Shown here piece by piece: positions 54,755-64,000 of a stretch of 64,000 bases of DNA. A model generated the notes under the pieces. It did no database searches. It had not been told where the DNA came from and was given only the letters and a program-made list of their open reading frames with translations. The stretch comes from Nymphaea colorata. Its lineage: Eukaryota. The position numbers and the translations under genes are program-made. The stretch lies in NCBI RefSeq assembly GCF_008831285.2, contig NC_045138.2, positions 27,404,001-27,468,000 on the forward strand, written 5' to 3'. Position 1 is the stretch's first letter, and every line of letters starts with the position of its first letter.

Positions 54755-56507
54755 AGAGCAGATTGACATTCAAATGCATGATATCGTTTTGATTGTGGGT
54801 TTCCGTTTTACTATGTTTCAAAGTAGTCAGTTTTGTAGCCAAGAGTATATAGAGATGGAACTCTTCTTTCTTGAATGAGTTATTTTTCTCTTAGTTGAAT
54901 TATGATATTTAACAAATGGAAGAACTGCCTTTTGAAGTGCATAATGCATTATCTATTTAAGGTCTTCACGCGATTGTTAAACACATGACTTCACATTATT
55001 TGAGAAACTTACCACTTCTAAGAGTTTATTATTGCTTCCTGAAGACAATTTATCTCCGACTTTTCTTGAATTGGAAAGGGGAAACATCGAGCAGGGGCAA
55101 CCTGTACAATGTATGGTTTGGGTTTGTGCAAGATGCAACACGGGTATCCGCCTTACCCGACTCTTCACGAGTTCAACGTTGCGAACCGAGACGAGCTATA
55201 AAGCTAGCTTGTGAACTTGACAAGAAAGAGAAGGCCGCTGGCTTTGGATGCAATGGAGGCCGACTCTGCGTCATGGTTGGTTCGGATGCATGTTTAGGGC
55301 ATGGTCGAAGCTCATAAATGAGACTCGCCCAAAATATTCCGTATATTAATTGCTATATAAACGAGCGGTCAAGGACCTTTTTCAGAAGTGAATCTTTATG
55401 GCTTTCAAAGACATCGGCAAGGTGCCCTGGGTTGAGCGACAGCTAGAATAGGATAATGCACCTAAAAGGCTGAAGGAGTCGTTCCCTCATGATGGATACA
55501 AAATAACACGAGCATGGCAGCATGGGAGTGTCGGTAACTAACTTGTTAAGTGATTAAATGATAAGGCTGCTTGACTAAAAAAAGCTGCATTGCTTGACTA
55601 CATGAAGGTAAAATAAAATTGCGGAAACTACGAAGGTGCATTTGAATGATGTAACGATAATTATCGCTCTCATTATTGCGAAAACACATATAAAGTTAGT
55701 GAAAACTTGTTTCATGAAAACCAAATTTTGTGTGTGTTTTAAAAACCTTTTGTTTGGGTGACGCACCCAAAACTTAGTTTTTACATAACACGAGTGGAGC
55801 CAAGACGACCCTCTAACACTCAAAAAATCAGGTTTTACCTCCAAAACCTGGTTTTACTCAGATAAACCCCATCTCTTGGTTTGTAGCATGCCCGTGGCAA
55901 TCTAGCATTTTCTTCAACTTCACTTATGTCAGATGAACTAAGGTACAAAACCCAGATGCAACTCGCACGTGGAAAGAGTCCGGAGGAGTTCTTGGTCATT
56001 AGTAAGCAACTAGACGCGTTTTATAGCAGGAAAGGCGATCTTTAAACGGAATCACAAAAATACGTGTCCGTGTTGTCATGTTTGAGCCGAAAACTTTTAT
56101 GGCCGGAAAGCATTACTGAGATTAGGATTCAGGACTGATTTACTTAACCGTGTGAACAAGGGATATAGCTCAGACAAGGTTGCATTATCACATGTTGGAA
56201 AATCCAACTGCCATTATCATCTCACAGCGTCACAGCTCTATATACAGACGCTGCTAGACCTCCACTATTTGATAGCACATATATTCACATGAAAGAAAGA
56301 ATCTTTTCATGCCAATAATCACATTATCAAGTCGAAACAATACAGATATGGGAGGAAACGGTCTCTAGAAGAGTGAAAACTAGAAAAAGAATGTACTTAA
56401 CAAAGAGAAACAAGAGAGGGAATGAGAAAATATCATCACGTCAAAACACCTATATTGGGTAGTATCAGAAACATTCTGAAAGCAGCAAAAAATTTGTGTG
56501 CACTCAT

Positions 56508-58755
56508 TCACTTCGTAAAGGAGATCTTAGTACGCTGCCTGTTCCTCTTCTTGGGGCCAGATTTGGCAACCTTCAGGCTCCTGTGAACAGCACTCAGCCT
56601 TGCAAGAGCAGCGTTCTTAAGGTCTGGCCTGTAGTTGTTATCAGAAACCTGTAGACAGAAAAAACTGAGTAAGAGCCAAAATAACTCAGAACTGAAGTGG
56701 TAACTCATTTCAACTAAATACAGGGAAGAAAACAGAAATGCACATTACTTCTACGTTTATATAATTGCATACACAAAACATTTTAAAGCCCATTATCAAA
56801 TAATAGGAATGCCAATCATGGATAAGAGATGTAGCACCCTGGTTAACAAAGAGTACGTTGAAATCCAAAACAATGATAGTCAATCAACAATCAGGTAATA
56901 AAATTTTAATGAAATGCAGATCCTAAAATCAAATAGGTTTTAAATTACTTTTCATGAATCAACAGCGATTGATATTTCATTCAAAAATGATTTGCCTTCC
57001 TGATCTGGTTAATCGCCAATTGCGTGATCAGCGCCCATGACAGATCAGTTGGAACAAAAGAGAAAATATGAAGTCTACAATACCCAAGTGACTATAAAAT
57101 GACTTCCCGAAAAGCTATGTCACATGCGCATGTATGCGTGCATACATGGGTGAGGGTGTGGACACTGAGCGGCAATCAAAAAACTTAGGTGTGGAGACAC
57201 TGCCATGCATATATATAGCAACAATAAGATTTAAACATTCATTATTGGCATACATAAAACATAAATTACTAACAAAGTACCAAAGCATACAAAAAAATTA
57301 CAAAAAACGAAGCACTAGTCTCCAATACTCACACCCATGTACGGTACCCTTCCAGGAGTGTCCATGGCATAGCCAAATTGTTACCAAGTGATACATGAAT
57401 GATTAAGAACTCCTGTTTCAATTTCATTTAAACCAGAAGAACGGTAGTGTTGACACCAGAGATAAGAAGAGAACACTGATTCTTGAAAGTTGGAAAATCC
57501 AACGAGTTTAACAGGAAACCACATGCGTTTTGACTCAAAAGCTTGAGTGCATTCTACAGTGAACCACTGGGTAACCAGCCACAGACCTCTCAAGTGGAAG
57601 GTTTTAATAAAGAAAAGAGGACTACTCAGAATAAGGGGCAATGAAAAATAAGAAAAAGAGGTTTACTCAGAACTCAGAAGCCAAGCGTAACAAGTATATT
57701 TCATTGAAATAACCCTTATGAAGGGGTATTCTTACATGTTAGCTCCTCATCATAGCAAAGAAACTGGACAAACACTTTTCAATAGAGGGGCACAGAGATA
57801 CACAGATACAAATACGTACATACATCACGACATCATATTCATAATTTTGCTTAGCTAGCCATTTCGTGCCCTTTTTGGAGCCCCATGTCTAGTATTTATG
57901 ACTATAAATCACGAAATGACGGTTGCACCAGCAGACTCGGTTCTGGAAAGGTTTAACTATCAAATGCATTTTGTGCAGTATCACATGCCAATATTTGTGA
58001 CGGAGAAAAGAAAATAATATGGAACCACAAAAAAAAATCCTCGCAAAAGAAAAACAACAGGCAAATAGCCAGGAAAAACATCACAACAGACCTGGTTAAC
58101 AACAGCCTTTGCCATTTTGTGAAACTCTTTCTTCATAACAGACTTGTGGTGAGCCAAAGCAGGCTTGTTTTGCTTTCTGGTCTTGGTAGTTGACAGCACA
58201 ACAGAAACATCTGCACCAGGTTGAATCGACACGGTCTTCTTGTTTGCCAACCCTGATAATGCAAAACAAAAACAGATTAAGAAGACGTGGTCTTCTAAGC
58301 AAGCTCCCAACCTTACCAATAAGTTCTCGATAAGCAAATTCGGTTAAGCACGACAGGTATCTTGATTCAGAAGTATGTGATACTTAATCAATAAACGCAA
58401 CAAAGACAAACAAATGCGCTCGACTACCAAGTAATACCCTCAAAGGCCGGAAGAAGATGAAGGAAAAAAAAAGCACATTTTTACCCCACCGCTACTAGCA
58501 AGAGAACAAAAATATCTAAATCCAAAGTTCACGGCATCGCAATGGCAAACAGAATCACGGAAAGATGGCTGGGTTTTACAGCTAGCAAGACACTAAGTTA
58601 GGCTCACCCGAGTACTTGTACGAGTGGATGTTGTAAAGATTATTCTTCTCTCGGCTGAACTGGACCTTCGCGGTGCCGTTCCCAAATTGCTTGACTAGGA
58701 AAGAGTTGTTCTTCTTCACGATCTCCCAGAGAAGAGGATCCGGAATACCGGCCAT
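56508..58755 (-). CDS. RPL28: 60S ribosomal protein L28 (eL28), about 149 aa
   Basis: Exons 58755-58608, 58252-58092, 56648-56508, plus a 5'UTR intron 59028-58762. Motifs [42 protein letters not shown] and [26 protein letters not shown]. Confidence 0.97.
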
Positions 58756-59097
58756 CTTCACCTTCAGAAATGCTCCCCAATTTAGCAAAATAAGCGAAAC
58801 AACATTCCCACACAGCTTAACCCAAATAAAAAAGGCCACAGGCCCTTAACACAATACAGAACTCGACCCACAGAAGAAGATCTATAGTCGATATCAAATA
58901 AGACAGAACCCAGAGGTACAGTAAAAAAGTCCCACAGAAAAGCAATTTACAATGTGTATCAGAAACTCGAGCCAGAGAGATAAATAAAAAGAGATCCTTA
59001 CAGTACACGAGATGAAGGAAACGCTCACTGCGTCTTCCCAAAAACCTTTCTCGTCCACGGCTGAAGGGCAGAGAGAGAAGCAAATGGAGAGATTTTT

Positions 59098-59325
59098 CTT
59101 ATAACGACCCTGCCAACATTAAAACCCTAGGTATGTATGAACTTTATATGACGAAAACGTCCTCACTCATAGCAGATGGTTTACAGGGACGCCACATTCC
59201 ACTTTGCTCGGCTGATGGAAGTGAAACCTGAGTGGGGTGGGCTGGGCTCGGCTGGGTTGGGTTCCTGCCCTTCCGGAGTATCCTGATCTGGACAGGACAC
59301 GGGCAATGGATGCTACTTATGGGCT
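59098..59325 (-). promoter_or_regulatory. RPL28 promoter: TATA-like motif, telo-box and site II motifs
   Basis: TATAAG on the minus strand at about 59098-59103, AAACCCTAG at 59122-59130, and TGGGCT motifs at about 59238, 59243 and 59320. Confidence 0.6.
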
Positions 59326-59583
59326 TAGCTCATCTAAGCTTGTGTGTGTTTAATATTTTATCATCAGGTGTTTTTGTAACTCAATTGGTTGCATGGGTGT
59401 GGTGTGGTTGCTGGGAATGCCGCGGACTATTTTAAAAGAAAAAAGCTGATCTAGTAGTAGAATTTGCATTAGACTGCGGTCTCGCGGCGCTTGGCAAAGG
59501 GATCAATTCTGAATTCTTGGATAGATTCATAGAACATTATATTATTATGTTTCTTGTCAAACAACACTGTAAACACGTTATAT

Positions 59584-59912
59584 TAGGGCTGAGCCCTGGG
59601 CCGAGCCACTGGCGGGGGCCTAGGACCTAGCCCGGTATGGGGCCGGGTTTGGGCCAAAGAAAACCCGGCCTGCGTCAGCCCTGGCCCGACCAAATCTGGC
59701 CCGTTAAGGATTACAAAATATTTTTTATTGTTTTTAATAATATATATTTTATTACTAAGAATTATATTTTATATTTAAAATTTATTTTATAATTTTAAAA
59801 AAATATTATTTTATTAAAACCAGGCTGGGTCGGGTTGGGCCCAAGCCCGATTTTTGGGCCTATCCTGGCCTGGTTTTACCGGGCCAGAACCGCTCGGCCC
59901 GGCCCATCCCTA
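59584..59912. mobile_element. hAT-type MITE family A upstream of RPL28
   Basis: TIRs TAGGGCTGAGC / GCCCATCCCTA. TSD CGTTATAT / GGCTATAT (6/8). GC-rich GGCCC arms flank an AT-rich core like those of the 4578 and 36984 copies. Confidence 0.8.
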
Positions 59913-61157
59913 GGCTATATTGCTCATTCACTTTTGCTTGTGATTGGTTACCTCGAATCTGATCCCCCCCACAAAAAAAAGATTAGGGCACCAGCTTTAA
60001 ATCCATGCTTTCAAATTTAAGATTTGGAATAAACTATCACCCTTCAAGGGTGCTTGATGGAAAGTAAACCCATTCATATGACTGGAGAATTTTTTTAAGG
60101 AAAAAAAATGGTGCACCCCCTTAAGGCCATTTTTTTCATTCCAAATGAGTTCAAGGTAAAATTTCATACTTTAAGTACACCCTGATTCTTTTTTCTTTTC
60201 TTTTTTTTTTTGCTTTTTTTTTTTTGCAAAAGTTATCAAATGCCTTAACAAGAACACTATGAGTATTTTATGAATCAACCCCAAATTCATGGAACACTAA
60301 AAGTAGTGTAGTGTTTCATGAATCTGTCTAAATTTTTTAGATTGATTGATGAAATAATGTTTCTGCTATGCCTATGCCTTATAACTCCCAAGTGAAAACA
60401 CATTGAAACTTGCAGAGCTCTGACCATTTTTTACCATGTAAAAGTTTCCTAGCGTGAGGGCGCTCAAGATAATGCTTACTGGTACGTAAAGACTGTTCAT
60501 TATGACGGAGAAACAGCTAATAAAACAGAGTTACCGGAGGAAAAATAAAGGAGTGGGTAGCCACCACTATTCGTAACAAGGACAACGCCGTGAGAAGGCT
60601 GAAAGAATGGAACGCCTTTATGAAAAACGTCATGAGTAGAATGCAGGAATTTGGATTTTTGATCCGGGGCCTTACTTCAGTGCCCTTCTTGTCATCTGCT
60701 CTCCAAAGGGGAGGTGCCACCTAGAACCATCACAACATTTCCTATCTCCAATTTTGAAGATGAATGGCTGGACTCCAGTTTTTCATATATAAAGTTACAA
60801 GAAAGTGGATTATCATCTTATTCATGCCATACGCATCATGGCAGATAGACAAGTACAGTGATTTGTATCAAATAGAAAATGATCCACCTAATCTTTCTAC
60901 ATGGGGCCATTTTCTATCTTAAACAAATATTTATCAAATGGGGAAAATTACACTTCTACTAAACATGCGCCTATTTTACAAACAACCAGAGCTCTCTTGC
61001 TCAACAGGCTACTAGACAAATGCTCCACAACAAATCTGCTCTGCAGGATGCTGGCCGTCGAAGTCCATCCACGGATGCAGAACAAAGCGATCCAGTTTTT
61101 CAAAGTTACTACTGAACAACAATATTCTACTCCTTCGCAAAGGCTTCTAGTTAACCA

Positions 61158-63998
61158 TCAAACACATCCTTGTTCGATCATGGCCTGAGCAAGATTGAGG
61201 AAAGCAGAGATATTCCCCCCATGAACCAAAGCCCTGAAACATGAACAAAGCAAAAACAGCACAAAAGTTCAAATGCGATTCTGGATAATGTCCATGAGTT
61301 CCATCCTACTCACACCAGAGAATTATTGCACGCTAAAAGGATGAGGGTCATTGCTTGGCTCAATTTAAGGGGGGCAGACTGCCAAATGAGAATATTGGTT
61401 TCATCCTGATATGGCTACTCCTTCCAAAGGAAGAAGGTTAGAACCAAATCCCAGACAGGCCCCTAACACTCCATTACATAAAGTGCAATAACTATAGCCC
61501 TTTAAGTTGAAACTAGAAAGAGTTATTAGTTGTGTGGTGAAGTCAAAACTTGTTACTAATTTGTGCATAAGAAAGATCTATCAGTCCAATGGAACACATT
61601 TGCAATATTCTTCTGAAAATAAAAAAAAGGTTTGCACCTAGAGCATACAATTTTTTAAACAATTGGCCGTGAGATTCCCTAAGGACAGTACACATAATTG
61701 CAAAATAAGGAAAACATTGAAGGATCCATACTCTGGGTTCTCTTTCATGAATCCATAGTCACTGGCTGCTTTTACAGATTTCTGGTAGATCTGCTTCATG
61801 GATTCCTAAAGTAAAATGAGGAAATGGAACATTAGTAACAAAGTATGGCAAGAAAATCACATTTATTGTTGACTCAACTAAATGCTACACTGATATATTG
61901 TTGACTCAACTAAACAGTTTTCACAAAGTAACTTACTAAGCTGTACTTATAGAGCCTTGCCTAGAGAAAGCAGGTCCTAGGTTCCCCTGTAATGAGGATT
62001 ACTAAAGATGAAAACATTTAATTACACGCAAAAGGATTCTGCTCCACTTACCTATTCTAGGAATCCAGGCATGGAACCAAGTTCCCAGGAAGGGTTCAAG
62101 AGAATTTTACAAGCAACCTATGGGCCCAGCAAGAATTCACTTTAACGAGAATTTTAACCTATAGTATCGAAAAAGACATTCAATACACTCAAAATTCCAA
62201 TTTCCAGCAACTGAGAGAGAGACATTAGTTCTTGGTCACAGAGGTAAGATACTCTAGTTCAGCAAGAAAGAATAGCAAAAAGGAAAATGTTCACCTAAGG
62301 TATTGCCAAATTACCATCACTTTGGCATCATCAAATCAGCTGATCTGGACTTTCAATCAAACAGCAGTTTGTCCAGACCTAAGTTGCACCATGGTTAATC
62401 CCTACTTTCAGTTCTTCAGGATCAGATAACATGCACAAGCATGTCTTCCTTGTAACTCTGGTTATATTGCTAGCCAAAGGAGAAATAACCAGATCCCAAT
62501 TTGTGGAAAATTAGAAGGAAAAAGAATAATCAGCTCTGTAAAAGATGGAGAAGGGTCACTTAAAGGATCTCACAGCGTAATTGTCGATACTCACAAAACA
62601 ACTGGTAGGAAATGCATCCACAATAATTCTATTGGATTTGTCTTAGTCCACTTTAGTTAATTAAGAATTATGTTCCAGAGAAAAGTTAAGAATTCATTGA
62701 CACAGATAAAACCCTGCTGATACCGCTGGCACATAGCAACACTGAAAACAACAAATACATTAACATAAATTATGGCATGCTAAACCCCAGAAAAATTAAA
62801 AGGTTGTTAAGGAACAATTGATGCAAAAAAATAACCTGTAATTTACTTTCAAACTCCTCTGGCGACCAGTGTATTGAACTACAGTCTTGACTTAATTCAA
62901 GTTCTCCTACACCAACCTGCAGAACATATGTCAGACACTGGATTTAACATCAAAATTCTAGAATATGAGGTACCTTAGTCTTTTTTGGTGAACAGTGCAA
63001 TATGGTTAGCCTTAGTAAAAACTACTAAAAACAAAGGGGAAAAAACCTAAAAACTCCAGAGATTGGTCTAGATAAGATTTACAGCCTTGCACGTATTAGG
63101 CACTTTCTAATTAAAGGGAACATAGAAGCTAGCATAACAAATATCAGAATTAAAATAGAAGACCAAAAACATAGATACTAAAGACACAAAATACAAGGAA
63201 GCATAAAAAGAATCTAGCACTGGAAGAACCAAATGCCATTTTGTCAATTTTCGCAAGTTTAGGCAAGAATTGAACAATGCATTGTAATACTTGGATGTGA
63301 GAAAGTACTACAACTTGGACATATCACGCATTCTTCAACTGCTCTGGACTCGGTAGTTTCTACACTATTACTAACAAGATAAGGTACCACAACTCTAAAC
63401 CGTAGAACATATGACAAAGACCCATTAACATTTTTAAGGCATTTAGTGATACAAATGATTTCATCAGCAGCAGCAGAATATGATGGCTAGAATCGCTAGA
63501 TCAGCAAAGGTGCAAAATTTAACTTAGGGCTGTTTGTTTAACAGGCATCTGAAATGAAAATGCCAATAAGGCTGTTTGTTTGACAGGCATGTGAAATGAA
63601 AATGCCAAGGTTCAAGGACTGTTCCATTCTTTTCAGTTGGAAACCAGTGGACTCCAGCTTGCACGACCATATTTTACATCCCTCTCCTTGGCTCTCCTTT
63701 GAGAGATGTTCTCATAGAGATCCCAGAATGGCTTTTATTTTATAAATTTTGTTTCATTCCCATCATTTAAGTTTCCGATTCCGACATCTTGTAACAAATG
63801 GACCCATGAGATTCTCAGATTCAATTAATACTTCATGGCACAGCTTGCCATACAAAAAGCAAAAAGAGGAGTGAGAGAGTGTGTGCGGTTACTCATATGT
63901 CCATACCCCTCCTGCACTTGCAGCCTTTGCTGGAGCAACCAGGACTTTGGCCTTCCGGAGCACATCTATAGCCTGTGGAGTGCATGGCATGTTTGAAC
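61158..63998 (-). CDS. NADP-type glutamate dehydrogenase family protein, last four exons (5'-partial)
   Basis: Not in the ORF track. Exons 63998-63907 (GSNMPCTPQAIDVLRKAKVLVAPAKAASAGG), 62916-62836 (VGVGELELSQDCSSIHWSPEEFESKLQ), 61805-61732 (ESMKQIYQKSVKAASDYGFMKENPE) and 61233-61158 (ALVHGGNISAFLNLAQAMIEQGCV*). All GT-AG and in frame, matching the GdhA-type C-terminal domain. Confidence 0.92.
63527..63805. mobile_element. Tourist-type MITE in a GDH intron, left end duplicated
   Basis: TTA|GGGCTGTTTG start with a 42-bp duplication (63528 and 63570). Right end CAAATGGACCC. Confidence 0.55.
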
Positions 63999-64000
63999 CT

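Noticed and set aside
62457..62493. GCCAAAGGAGAA (miR399-like 12-mer) in a small TCTGGTTAT/ATAACCAGA hairpin
   Set aside because: The hairpin is too small, the 3' part mismatches, and it is intronic, so it is neither a precursor nor a plausible target.

Overview
Eukaryotic (flowering-plant) nuclear DNA: gene-rich, intron-containing and littered with MITEs and microsatellites. I reconstructed exon structures by hand from GT-AG junctions and reading-frame continuity for ten protein-coding genes: DUF1639 protein (-, 3' end outside window), vacuolar processing enzyme/legumain (-), GNOM-like 2 type ARF-GEF (+), PHAX RNA-binding-domain protein (+), PP2C with an N-terminal acylation motif (-), classical GPI-type arabinogalactan protein (-), RabD/Rab1 GTPase (+), 40S protein SA (+), 60S protein L28 (-) and the 3' end of an NADP-type glutamate dehydrogenase (-). 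Intergenic and intronic DNA holds several hAT-type MITEs (8-bp TSDs), Tourist-type MITEs (TTA TSDs), a probable Gypsy solo LTR and a probable TRIM-like solo LTR. I found no convincing new multi-gene system. Best leads: one MITE family supplies site-II (TCP) motifs upstream of both ribosomal-protein genes; a triple-nested MITE whose empty-site copy lies in the same window; an unexplained GC-rich island with splice sites and a uORF upstream of the DUF1639 gene; weak snoRNA and miR529-mimic candidates. Family assignments rest on recalled motifs; no database search was run.
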